Shown piece after piece: positions 27,207 to 40,100 of a stretch of DNA of 64,000 nt. The stretch is from Balanoglossus misakiensis (taxonomy: Eukaryota; Animalia; Hemichordata). The notes under the pieces are model-generated. The model was not told the DNA's origin and did not search any database. It saw only the letters and a list, made by a program, of their open reading frames with translations. Within the stretch, counting starts at the first letter, position 1; every line of letters begins with the position of its first letter. Location: positions 8,509,146 to 8,573,145 of the forward strand of contig CM082584.2 in assembly GCA_040954595.2 (NCBI GenBank), given 5' to 3'. Made by a program: the position numbers and the translations under genes.

Positions 27207-28761
27207 TTAAACCCAGTGCTGTTGTTGGGCGAGAATAGGAAAGAAATGTTCATCAACATATCCGAAGTTTGCTGACAGATAGGTGGGGCCGAAATTGTCC
27301 CATTCACAGGACAGGGGCGAAATGACGTCTTGTTCTTCGGAAAGGATGCGGTGACAGCGGGCGATGTTCAGGTCGCGGTGTTCGTACTCTGAATCCAAGC
27401 CTGGTCTGGTCACCATGCTGGTGTTGGATGACACGATGCGCTGCGAGCACCCGGCGCTGGCACCGAAATCGGAATCCAGACCGGGCCTGGACACCATGCT
27501 CGCGTCGGAGGACACCACTCTGTGCGAAAAGCCGGCGCTGGCTCCGAAGTCCGAGTCTAAACCAGGTCCCGTGGATGTCACGTTGGCGCTCGACTCGTTT
27601 AGACTGTTTTGAGGTGCGCATGTCCCGGGCTGACAACTTTGGACAGAAATCTGGAAATAAAAGTGTGAGATTTTTTTTCTTGTAGATTATCGTTCAAATA
27701 AGGCATATGATAAAACCTTTACGGCCCTGGTACGGGTTTTGCGACACCTCGGGCCGCAATACACGTATCAGGGCCGTAAAGATTACAACAACTACAACCT
27801 ACACGTAGATCATCAGATCCATCCGTTCCCTGAGATGAGATACATGTATATAGGATATCAAAGCTTTTTTGTGGACAGCAACACTTGAATCACTTTAAGA
27901 AGCACTCACTTCATTATTGTTCCACATGCTCATATTTTGTAAACTTCGCAAGCTGGCGTGGATGTCTTCGACGACACTTTGCAAACTGACGCTTCCGCGA
28001 CCGTCGCTCATGCTCGGGACGAGCTGAGGCAGACTTGCGCACGTGCACGTGCTCGTCATCGACGTGGTAGTAGCACGACCGCTGGCCGAGGCCGTGATGG
28101 TGCGGTCCACTTCGAATATCTCCAGCGACTTGGTTCGCGAGCGGGATTTGTGATCGTACAGGCCGAACCCGAAGACGTGGGTGTTCTTGCTGTCCTTGAC
28201 GAAAGCGATGGTGGGGTCCGAGTACGACTGGAACCCCATCGAATTCCTCTGGAGGTTGTCGATGACCACCGGTTTCATCTTCCGGTAGTTGACCGGGCGG
28301 TCGTGGTGGTGGACGTTTGGGTCGGAGTGCACAATACATGGGTTGGACGTCGAGACGAGGCGGGCCACCTTGGCTGGGAGAATGTGCGATTTCAGAGCCA
28401 TGCGCTGTTTCTCCACCGTGACGGCGGCGGGGCTTGGAACCTCGTTGAACCGGGCCGAGTGTGCGAGCAGTCTTCGGTTGGACATGGCCAAGACGCGGGG
28501 ATCCGTGGCGCGGCCAGCCGGTGGTGCCACATTGGTGGCATCCTTCGGGCGACGCTTGCAGCTGTCGCGGTAAAACACGACGAAGTGGAAAATCAGAACC
28601 CCGACCAAGAGGACTCCAAGTGCACTCAGGGGAACGATGAGGCCGATATCCAACGCAAGCACGCCCTGCTCATCATCGCCGTTCTCCCCATCTCCGTTGT
28701 AGTCATTCTCGCTCTGGTAAAGGACAACATTCGCGGTCACACTCCTGCCAGTTGATGTCAT
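27207..28761 (-). CDS. Uncharacterised single-pass membrane protein with a long disordered cytoplasmic tail (exons 28761-27910 and 27650-27207; the true start may lie upstream via an acceptor near 28843)
   Basis: GC-rich long ORF with TM IGLIVPLSALGVLLVGVLIFHFVVFY followed by RDSCKRR. A phase-0 intron (GAA|GTGAGT...TTTCCAG|ATT) joins the last exon in frame. Confidence 0.75.
27717..27781. repeat. Intronic hairpin or mini-MITE
   Basis: Inverted arms CTTTACGGCCCTGGTACG and CGTATCAGGGCCGTAAAG, matching at 17 of 18 positions. Confidence 0.75.
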
Positions 28762-31250
28762 TACACCGAGATCTGTACCCGTTACTGCTCCAGCTTCACC
28801 ACGACCGAAAGAAGCCAACAAGCCGGAGAACAACACGTCTTCTTTCAAAACAGAAGTTGTCAGATACTACTAGGATAGTAATAACAGTGAGTTCCACCCG
28901 AGCCTTCGAGAAAATTGATCTTTTCGAGGAAGCTTTCCTGGGACCACTGAGGGCTTAGACCGTGGTGAGACAAAATAATTTGAAGGGGAAAAATCGCCAA
29001 TCACAGAAAACCTTGCAAGATAGCTGCAAGTCTGACGGAATCACAGAGCACGTTCATCACTAAAGAAAGCCCCTGATTGGCGGTCCATTCTCTTGTTAAC
29101 GCGCATGCAGACAGGTGCAAAGCAGATGCACGGAATTCATCGGTTATAATGACGTAACGCACTAGTATACCAATGAAAGTAACTCTATGAGCTGACATGC
29201 AGCGGTCAATTCAAATCATAGACAGACTACTGTCTATGTTCAAATGAATGAGTGACGACACTATACATTTATATATGTCAACATGACCTAACTTGAAATC
29301 ATGATCAGTTGCAATGACTTGTGATACTAGATATTTAACCGAATCGCATGCACCCGGCTATTTTTTATCAATTCTTCCGTTGTATACTGTGAAGGCAAAT
29401 GTCACTTTAAAACTTGCCCGGCAAATTATTTTCCCTAGGGCGTCCAACTAAAGCCCATGAGCAGTGACTTCAATCAGGGGCTTGGACCAAGTCCACGCTT
29501 GGTTGAAGTGAGAGCTTATTTCTTGGGCGTGATCTTATAACAAAAAAGAACTCCCAAGGACGTCACCAATAGGCCAATAAACCCTTTGAATAGATTTGAC
29601 CGAGCGGGGTCAGTGCGTTCCGATCGGTGCATGATCACAAACGTTTGCATTTCTGAGTTCTTCCCTGTGAGTGTCGTCACCCTCATGTCGTCTGGCTCCA
29701 AAACACATTTCCATCGTCACTCAGTCACCGCTTCGTCTGTCGTCCTTTCCGGGAATCGGTTACGTTGTCGCCGTCACGTCTTGATTTGACGTCGACCCCC
29801 GGCCCGACCTCACCACCACAAGATTTTCACGCCCTGTGACTATCAGGCGTTTTACGAGCACGGGGAACCACCGTTTGCGAACAATTATTTCGCACGATGC
29901 GGGTAATCTTTCTTTATTCTTGTTCATATATTTTGAATGTGTACAGTTTCCCAACCCTTAACTTTTTTTCTAGAGTTTTCTAGTAGCTGAAGTAACACTT
30001 ACAGCTATCAACCGACATTTAATGCATTCGTCCTCAGACGGACACGGACAAGTTGTATACCTTTTTTTTTCAGTCGTGCTAATGGCCTCACTATTTTCTC
30101 GAATGTTTCCAGCATATGCCCAATAATCCCAAAATCTTATGCTTGTTGTGAAACTTCTTCTGATGTTGTTGGAAAACTGTAGTGCGCTTGTTTCATTTTC
30201 ACTGCGCGAGTATATGAAAAGGCAATGCATACCTGAGGTGATTCGAATCCACCATCTTTAATTCCAAAGTCCTACACACAATAGGGATGGGCCATTTTAT
30301 ATTGGGGCGGGGGCCGGATGAAATGCAAATGCATAGTGACGATAATTCCACACCAGGCGTTACTCTGAAGCAAGTTTTGGTATGGAGATCCGAAGCAATT
30401 GTTTTACTTTTAAAACTCTCAACAAATTAACAACCAGACTGCATTGGCGGCGACAACAGTCGCCAACTGTCCGGGAAGCCACGCACCCGTCCGTACAACC
30501 AAATTGGGCCCGGCCGCCGTGTTGTCATCGCTCCTTGTCTCCATGTCTAGTGACCTCATGTGCACTGAAGCATAGACAAGCTCAAACAAATAACTATAAA
30601 ATCACACAAACTAGAACGAGAAGTATCCTTCTAATGTCTATTATACAGTATTCAACATACCAGGTGAACCGGGCCGTCGTTTAGGACTGCTGTGACGGCG
30701 GCCATTGTAATCGCTGAAGCATGGGTGACTCCCGCGCGAGTTATTGTCACCATAAAACCAGTTTCAGACTTTTATGAAACAATGTGTTGTTCTCATATCT
30801 ATACTTTCGCACATGTGACATCGGTACGAAAATCGAAACGTGAATTTACGTCAAATGGCATAATATTACGTCAGCAGACGTAAGATATTTTATCTGCTTC
30901 TTCTAATAGTACCTGTGCCATCGATAATATATCAAGAACGCCCGTGGTTGCACGGCCCGGCTAATTTTACTGGCGGCACCTGTATACGTCAGCGTCACGC
31001 AGAACTTGAAGAGCGAGCTAAATCTGGAAACGGATATACGCGTGACGAAGCAGTTATGTCCTCAATGTTAGGTTCAGCATGAATATGTTTTGTTCGGTCC
31101 CTTTTTCCAAATGAAAACCTCACCGCTGCTATTCGCCACGCCCGTATTAACAGACTGCTTTCAAGCGAAGAATAGCATCGCCTGGTCTGAATGAGTGAAC
31201 GTTTTGGGGATGCTTAGTTACATTGTTGAAAAAAGTCCGCCACAGGTAAA

Positions 31251-32917
31251 ATGAGGGCGAGAGAACGCCGTGACCCCAGTGAAGAAAAGCGACAGGTTAG
31301 CCGGTACAGATTCTTGTTTGCCGACAAAGGTTTCGGTGGCGTGCAAGTCCCCTTTCACTCTTATAGTAAACATCACACGCGTTACCCAATCTGTTGGCGT
31401 CTTTTCAAACAACACACAGTATACGCATTACCTGCCACGCACACTTTAATTTGTTCTTCTGTTTCAGACGCAAGTGGCGTTTTTCTTGGCGTTCGGGTTC
31501 TGCTTTTGCTCCTACGTCCTTCTGGTCGGGTACATTGTATCACAGGGGTGGATGAGGAAGACGACGTTACTGGATCTGTCATCAGTCAGCAGAGACTCGC
31601 AGAGGTATGTTTGCGTGAATGAATAAAAATACGAGCGGCATTTTTATGTCGTTCGAGGTATAAAAAAACTTGTTGAACTGTCGACAGTAAGAACACCGCT
31701 TCCAATCTCTTTGTTTTTTTCATTTTGAAATTTTGTATGCTAGGCCTGGGATAATGCCATATTTTTTACAGCGAAACATTACTGGCAAATAACTTGATTC
31801 ACCTAACGTCATATTCCTTCGTTGCAGAATACCGTCGACGTTGGCCACAAAAACCCAAGGCGTCCCACAAGAGGCTCCGTGCCAGGCTACAACCAACTTA
31901 GTCTTCATAAAGATCCACAGAACTGGCAGCACCACTCTGGCTACACAACTGTACCGCTTCGGTTACAACAGAAACCTCTCGTTTCTCTTCTCCTCCAAAC
32001 AGAAACTCGGACATTTCAGGCAAACGCCCGTGACGTCACACTCGCAGCCAGAGATGTACCCGCCCATAGGGGTGACCTACGGTGACTATGGCAACTACAA
32101 ATTCAACATTTCCGCCGGACATCTGATTTATGGTAATCGCAACGCCTTTGACTCGCTCATGGCAGGGCAACCGAGATATATAACGCTTCTTCGAGATCCC
32201 GTAAGACAATATGTGTCTTATTTCTATTTCTTTGGGATGACAAATCGATACATGAAGGGCGTCAAATTTCCATCGAAAGATCAATTCGTCGGTTTAGCAA
32301 CATTTCTCAAGCAGCCGCTGAAGTATAGCGACTTACAAGTGAAAAGTGAAGCCTTCATCCCGAATAGAAATCCCCAGTTTTACCAGCTCGGCTTGCCGTT
32401 AAAACAAATGGGGAACCCGGACTACGTGCAGGCTTCAATCTCACGGATAGAGGAAGACTTTGACCTTGTCTTGATTGTGGAGTACCTGGACGAATCTCTC
32501 GTGCTCATGAAGAAGCGGTTCTGCTGGGAAATGGGCGACATTCTGTACTTCAAGATGAATGTCAAGTACCAGAGTCCGCTGAAAGTGCCCGCGGATCTCC
32601 GGCGACAAATACGGGTGTGGAACAGCGATGACGTGTCCCTCTACGACCATTTCAACAGAACCCTGTGGAGGAAAATACAAGAGTACGGACCGACATTTCA
32701 GGCGGATCTGGATGCGTTCAGAGAACGATTAAAAGATATGAAAAATGAGTGTGTGGCTGGGGAGGCTAATAAGAGGGCGTTGCCTCAATACGAGCTGAAA
32801 GCCAATGCGTCGCGTCAGTGCCGCGAGGTGAACATGGATATTTTTGCGCGTTTCGCTCAGATAACCGGAAGACAGAGAATACCACAGCAAAAGAGAAGAA
32901 AAAGAAATGCAAAATAA
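31251..32917 (+). CDS. Galactose-3-O-sulfotransferase (GAL3ST family), type II Golgi membrane protein; exons 31251-31295 (or 31210-31245), 31468-31604, 31828-32917
   Basis: Signal-anchor exon QVAFFLAFGFCFCSYVLLVGYIV; 5'-PSB motif NLVFIKIHRTGSTT; 3'-PB motif LRDPVRQYVSYFYF; FDLVLIVEYLDESLVLMKKRFCW; WNSDDVSLYDHFNRTLW. Confidence 0.92.
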
Positions 32918-33131
32918 AGGGCTGAATATATTGCAGGTGTATATGCTCAATATCTTGAGGAATTAGAGGAATGATTAATACAGAAATAAGACAGATATAA
33001 TGATGTATTGGCACATCTTTTTTAGATTATAATCTTAAAATGTACTCTTCACAATTAAAAGGCCGCATTAATCAAACACTAAAACGACATTTTAATACTG
33101 AAGTAATATAATGTTATCTCTCGATGTATGT

Positions 33132-34383
33132 CTACAATTCATCACGTGCGGGCAGATAGTATTTGCAATAGTAGTAATGAGTATCTTCATGACGTCTGTA
33201 AGAGCAGTACTGAATATCGACGGAAAAGGTGAGATCTCCTGGCGGGTTCCAGTACATTTCCTTGGACAATCGCTCAGGGCATTCCTGTGAAGGGAATTAG
33301 AACGAATCCATTAATGCAGTATAACGGTCCGAACATTCTGGGCGTTTCAAGCAACACTGTCAATGAAGTATGACGACACCTGACGCAAAGCCAAATTTTC
33401 AAACTTGTAGACGTCGACGAAAATTTCGGATGAAACTTAAACATTAAAGAATGCGTTGCTTTCTCTAGATGTTAAATTCCTGTGAGATATAATGCTATTT
33501 TTAATGCCATTTTACGGCCCAGAAAAATCGAGACAAATGGTGCAGCCAACACAGGCCACCGTAAACGAACTTACGGGCAATTCCTTGCTGATCGCCACAA
33601 TGATGTTATTTGAATACAAATCAATTGTCCCGATGAAACATTCATTCGCCCACTCACCATCAAGTTTGGAGCCCTGCAAGGTCAATGTTAGAAAACAAAT
33701 CATTGCTATTTAAGTACCATCATGTCCATCAAAGTCGAGGTTGCTGCACCTAGTTTTAGAAACATTTACGCAACAACAACAACAAACCAGCCCCCCCCCA
33801 CAACATTCCCTCAATTCACAGTCCTAACAACATTACTATAATTATCACAAATCTGCTGTATTTAAAAAGCGCCCCTTCCTTTTAGCATCAACCTGTATTT
33901 GGCTTAATACATGTATGAGATATTTCAAAGGGTTTAGTAACCCACAATGATATTAGACGTGGCGTTTAATAACAAAGGCACCTATTGCGAATCCGGTGAC
34001 TGAAAATGCGGTATTTCGGCGATGGTTCATGCAACTTGATTTGATCCAATAAAATATACTAGACCAATGCTTACCAGGTTTGCCGTTTCCAGCTTGTCTC
34101 TTACCACATTCACGCTTCGAAATGACCGGGTTGGCCCTATGTATTCACCGACAACCTTGTAAACGGGATACGATTTGACTGGTGATTCATTCTCCACCAT
34201 GTTGGGTATCTCCATCAGTTCGTCGAAACACGCGACGTTTTGAGTGCCAACTAGGTTAGTCACAGCATCGTCGTAGATTCGCAAATAGGCTGTGATGCAC
34301 ACCCATTCACTGGAGTGGTAGGGGTGTTCGACACTAGCACTGACGACTGACAGAAAGATTGGTAGACAGCGCAGCCACTTCAT
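33132..34383 (-). CDS. Uncharacterised putative ER-luminal protein with signal peptide and C-terminal RDEL (about 177 aa; exons 34383-34075, 33673-33658, 33435-33380, 33284-33132; internal exons tentative)
   Basis: MKWLRCLPIFLSVVSA signal peptide, donor CTG|GTAAGC, and a terminal exon ECPERLSKEMYWNPPGD...YYLPARDEL* after a clean CCCTTCACAG acceptor. Confidence 0.65.
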
Positions 34384-35061
34384 CTGTGTATTGTAGGCCC
34401 TAATACCAAGCAGTACAATGGGCATTTGTATTTATGCTCTCTGATACATCCAAAGATAAATGTTTAAAATAGTTAACGATCTGAAAAAAAGCCTTCCTTT
34501 AGCTGTAACGAGGGAGATATTCTATTTTAATCATTGCTGTCATTTTATGGCCTTCTCACGAGAAGTCCTGGTGGACCGCTTGGCGGCGCTTGAAAGAACA
34601 CCTAATGAATTGACTGCGGGAAGAAGAATTCGAACCCAAGTCAAACTGTGCAAGAAAAAAGTGGCAATATCACATGGGCGTTTGCTACCCAATGTCATCA
34701 TCTAATGAACGGAAACTGTCATCATCTGCCTACGAAAATGTCAAATGACAGCGACAGAGCGTGGCAATTTCCTCATGTCTTTGAAATACCCCTCTGCTAT
34801 ATAGCGCAGCCAGCGGCGGAATTGGCCAGGGCAGCAGACTATCGTACCTGGAGACGCATGTGTACGGTGGGTATATACATGTACATGTACACGGTATGCT
34901 AATTTCGTTATGGTAATTACTAATTAAGATAAAGACATTAGCATATCGTTTATATCTCCACTATATAACTGCGTTTCCACAGCTAGTTCACTCGAAACTT
35001 TTCGCCTGGATAAAGAGGCAGAGACTCCTGGCAATACAAGTCTATCCGACATCAGAACATC

Positions 35062-36866
35062 ATGAACGAGTGCGGTTGGGACGTTTACTCCACAAATAGA
35101 CCGATTCAACAAAAAACTGGTCTGGAACTGCTAAACTTGCTGGAGGAAAATGAATGGGGAGACAATGATATTATTCTTGACGTTGGTTGTGGTACAGGAG
35201 AGATGACAAAACTGATGGCCGAACGAGCAAACGTCCAAGCGGTAGTCGGTAGGTATTTTTTCTAGTGCTATAGAATATACGATGGTAGACTTGCTTAGTA
35301 CTTGCTATGCCTATATGAACAGAGAAACATCCGTTTGTGTAGATCAGAAGAGTTTGTAGACGGACATCCCGTCTACAAATCTAATTTCAAAAGTGACAGC
35401 TTCTGGGTAATTGAAGCAAGAGATGTCAAACTCCCCGGCTTCGTTGAAACAATACATTAAATTTAAGACAAAGTTTGAGAAAAAAAAAATAATTTCATTG
35501 TCTTTCTTGTTTTGTGATTTTTTGCAGGAATTGACATTTCCTCCGGTGCGATTGACTTCGCCCGCCGCAACAACTCCGTCGAGGGCAAGACTAAATTTCT
35601 CGTGGCTGATTTCACCAAAATACGAGAAACGCACAGTGAATTTGGAAATGCCTTCACCAAAGTGTACAGCAACATGGCTCTCCATTGGATGGAAAACACC
35701 GAGAGAAATCTCCAGAATATATTTTGGTGTTTGCAACGGGATGGGATAGCTGTCTGCCAAATAACGCAGAATTCCGTTCTGGGACTCTATTACGGAGGTA
35801 ATCCAGCAAAACTCCAAAGGTGGAAGAAGTTCTTGCAGGTAAGCAATCGACCGATACTCAATAACACCGAGGAATTCATCGGTTAGACATCCCTTCAACT
35901 GCGGAGTCGGGAGGGAGGGGGGGGGGGGGTCCTTGGTAAAAATCTTCCAGCGGGTGGTTCAAGTGCATCGCAAATGGCTTGTCCGAGTCAGAACGTATAA
36001 CGCATTATGTAATCGAACGACTGTTTATATTCATTCAGAATGGCTTTCTCACCACAAAGGCACGCAACGTGGCATTACAGACTGCTTAAAAAAGTGAATT
36101 CGCTTATTGTGTTACTATTAAATGGGTGGTCACGTAATCCAGACAACAATAGAGCCGCCAAATTGAACGACATGTTAAAACATTACCTCTAAAATGGCTG
36201 GCAGAATTCTGCCAATGAAAAACCAACAACTTGGTTCACTGACAAGCAAGGCAACTCTACTTACAAATTGTGCGGTAAAACAACTAATCGTCAAATCAAA
36301 GTGGCGATTTTCTTCGCGATTGAAAATACCCCGGTGTTGTATTAAACGTCAAGCATTTATGATGAACATGGTTTTGGGTAACGGACGTTGACATTTCCGT
36401 ATACTTCTGTATTCTGAACACAAATAGGACTTTAAACCGGCGTTAAACCTGTTCAACGGCAACCTGCAAGACATGCAAGATATGATTTCACGGTGTGGAT
36501 ATCGGGAAAGCCCGCGAATTCTGACGCCAGTGTGTTCAAAGTTGGTGTTCGAAACAAGAGAGATGGCAAAAGGTAAATCATTTTTGGCGAAACCTTGTGT
36601 CTGCACGTTTAGTGGTTGCTGACGTCAGCGTGTCTTTCCTGAATCAAGTCACAGCTAATTTCATAATAACCATGGATTACTTTTCTGTTCATTCCCCTTT
36701 CACAGCGTTCCTGAAACCTATCCTGGGACATCTGAACCACATACCGCCAGATTCCCACGATCTCTTTCTGGAGGACTGCTGTGACGTGTTTCACGACGCA
36801 TCTTCCACTGGTGACGGCAAATGCCAGTGGGTGGACAACTGTCTCCAGTTTAAAATGGCAAAATAA
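35062..36866 (+). CDS. Class I SAM-dependent methyltransferase, juvenile hormone acid O-methyltransferase-like (exons 35062-35248, 35528-35838, 36428-36572, 36706-36866)
   Basis: Motif I ILDVGCGTG, motif II VVGIDIS, N-terminal YSTNRPIQ, and FTKVYSNMALHW. Splice phases are consistent. Confidence 0.88.
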
Positions 36867-37124
36867 AATTTAGAAAGTTAAACACATTATCACCAACTCG
36901 GTATAATAATTTTAATTCAACAAAGAATTATATAGAAATAACAATAATGTTATTAATAATAATAACATTTATACATTTTACCTAAAACCTATTAAGCACC
37001 GCGTTAGCTGATTCACAGAAATTTTGACACAGAGGCATTTAACACCCCGATTCCGTCTCTGGCAACTGCAATCATACCACTCTTAAATATGTAAATGTTA
37101 GATGACACGTCCCGATAAGCGCCA

Positions 37125-40100
37125 TCATAGTTTTGAACTCTCTTCTCGCTCGTTTTCAGTGCTTTCATCGGCAGAGATGTCACGCGAGTCTCTTTTGCCT
37201 CTGCCGAGGCTGCTGAACATCACGAGAACGACGCCTTTAACGAATATCAGACACTCAATTGTTGTTATGATAGATACGCCTATGTAGAGTCCAAGCAGTC
37301 CACCTAGGTCACTGGCGAAGTCTTCTTGCTGTATTTGAGGAAAGAAATAACTCCATAACTCTGCGTCAGGCAACCAGTTCGAGCATATGCAAATTTTTGT
37401 GTGGCCTATTGATACGAGAGGTCCACATTTATATATTTGCTGGCAACATTCTCTAGTCAAATAGATGTACATTACACTTGAGGCGATGGACAGAAAGTGA
37501 ATTTCAAAAGACGACACCCCCAAGTCTAAATTTCTGACAAATTCAATTTTATAAAAAAGTACTACAGACAGTCTGTGCACCTACATGTATACTCAGTATA
37601 CATGTAGATGTACTTTATACAATAAAACCAGCCGACCAGTGCGACCTTTGACACAGACAGTCAACTTACCTGATATCCAGGGCTCTCCTTTACTAAATCA
37701 GAATTTAATGTCTCGAAATAAACCGACACGAGAGCAAGGTTCTTTCTGAAAGTTAATCAAAAACTGGTCAGTAAAGGTTATTTTACTCGGAAATTAAGTG
37801 AATCCGATAAGCTACCTTACGACAATAACTAACTGTTCATACTTAATACTCACTGTGCAGAAGCCATATTAGTTATTTTCTTCGTCTTAGGACTGATAGA
37901 ATGTAAGTTTTTCAGTAGTTGGTTCTGATGGAAGAAAAGTCATGGACAAAATGTATGTTTAATCTATGTATGCTGGCTTTTATTGTCACTTAATCGGGAG
38001 CAACGTTTGATTGTTTGCTTACCAGGTAACTCGAGGACGGCCACGTTGACATGGAAACAGTAGAAGTATAGGTACGGTCTCTGTGGACAATAATTAAATG
38101 TAATGGTGATTACAGGTGTGCGATGTAGCTGTCATGAAGGGGATGAAGGACAAATACGTGTACATCCCCAGCTCTGCACGAAAACACTTCTATGCATATG
38201 CTAGCCACACTCAAACACACATGTCTTATGTTAATCGAAGAGGATTTTTTTGTTAACTGTCAAATGCTTCTCGTTGTGTTTAAATGTTAAATGTAATAAC
38301 ACGGTCACTCTGTGTGGAGAGTGACCGTGGTAATAACCGCTTACTTGCAATGGGGAAGGCAGTCACAGTCCACAAGAGCTTTTTGATAGAAATAATGAAT
38401 TATTTGTCTGCAGGCCTCCTGGTAAATATTCAACATTGAACACTGCGGGTGCTCACTGTCGAATGTATCCACACAGTTGCAGTAACGCACCATATAGTCC
38501 TGTACACACTTCTTGACACAACTCTGCAAGTAACAATTGGTTCAATTGGATGATGTACATGCGTTGTGCAGGATTCGCACAGGAGGGAGGCACGCTGACT
38601 ACCCTAGACTTTCCTCATAATTTAGGAGCAAGGTTGCTACTATTATTAAAGCGTAATCTGGGACGACTGCATTACGGGTCAAGTGAGTGGAAAATATCAA
38701 ACTCTTAATCACCGTACCAGGCTGGAATAATCGTAGCCTTTGCTTCCAGACGAATAGTTACTGTTACAGAAGCCCCACGGCTGACCGAGTCTCTCAAAAT
38801 GTTTCTGTTGAGGAAAAAAAAGAAGTATGATAGAACATTTTACATACATGTATATGTATATGTATTCAGTTTAAACTGCAATGTTGTACTTATCAAAGCA
38901 AGCTATCACATATATCCATGTACATGGATTTGTAGACCAACCTGCTTAATGGCGAAAGACGTAGCCGCCCCTGTCTTGGCAGTCAGCCCAATGTCTTCTG
39001 GCCAAGGCATTTCATTATTGTCGTGTATGGCTACGCGAACACCCGCCGACTGACCGAACACTCCGAGATATTCCTCTTGTTCCACGTGTAAAGTTAATTT
39101 CAATCCTAGATGTAAACACATAAAAATATAGGTTTGTCTTTTATGCTGAATGAACACCCGCGGAACTGCTTAGGAACCGGTCGCATATACAGTAACCACT
39201 CCGCATTTGTGTTCGTATCGCCGGACGCATATTTTGAGCGCTTACCCGAGTTGGCCCCGGCCGTATGCGAGGTCCAAAGCCAGTCGTCGCCGCTTCCTCG
39301 GTTGAAGGTGTAACAGTTGCCGTAGACGTCATGCGGAAACCAGGCGAACTGACTGAGAGAAATACAGGACAGAAGTACAACTGCGTTAACACCTGTTACT
39401 GCAATGAGGAATTGCGTCATTCACAGTTCATTGTGTCACGTCACCTTTTCATGAACTCCATGTGTCTTGTACACTGACCTGTAATTACAGGGCATCCCTC
39501 CAAATGTACACTGTAGGATGAAATCCTCGGCCTGGTGTCCGTATTCCTTGATCTCGTCGCCGGTCACTTTTAGCACCCTGCGCAGATCGCTGAAGTCAGG
39601 CGTGGAGCTGAACGTGATGAAACCAATGAGGTCCGGCGGCATTTCCCTTTTGACGCGAGTGAAACCGGGGTCGGTGAAGTACCGATACTGGAACTCGTCA
39701 AAGTAACTTTGGTCTTTGGTGACGTCTCGGAATATATCGGTCCAGTTGCCGAGGAATAACACCTCGCGTCCTGCTTTCCTCTCAGCTTGAGGTAAAATGT
39801 AGCACAGAAAATAAAATTAATATCATTTATGTTTTCTGAATACACCGCTTTCATAAGTTTAGCTTCCTCATGCAATAAGCTCAATCGAAAAAGACGAAAA
39901 AGAAGGTAATGTATTATGATAGTTGCCACGGAATTGCCAGGTCAACGCCGCACACAAGACTCGTATCTCAAGAAATGCGACTTTTTCCTGATTCGCAGAC
40001 TGAGAAACCCTGTAGCAAGAGAAACTGTCAATTTTCCACGATTGGGGCGGAGCTTGGCCGCATACAAGACTCATATCTCAAGAAATGCGACTTTTTCCTC

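Noticed and set aside
27958-28755. 265-aa plus-strand ORF
   Set aside because: Antisense shadow of the GC-rich minus-strand coding exon.
29516-30705. Possible small multi-exon minus-strand gene (MAAVTAVLNDGPVHL ... hydrophobic tail FIGLLVTSLGVLFCYK)
   Set aside because: Individual splice signals exist, but I could not build a continuous phase-consistent ORF or recognise a domain. RNA-seq is needed.
37125-37136. C-terminal SKL as a peroxisomal targeting signal
   Set aside because: The protein has a signal peptide and TM helices, so PTS1 import is implausible. A PDZ-type ligand is the more reasonable reading.
38300-38329. 12-bp-stem intronic hairpin CACGGTCACTCT...AGAGTGACCGTG
   Set aside because: It is a real inverted repeat but a single copy in the window with no evidence of function.
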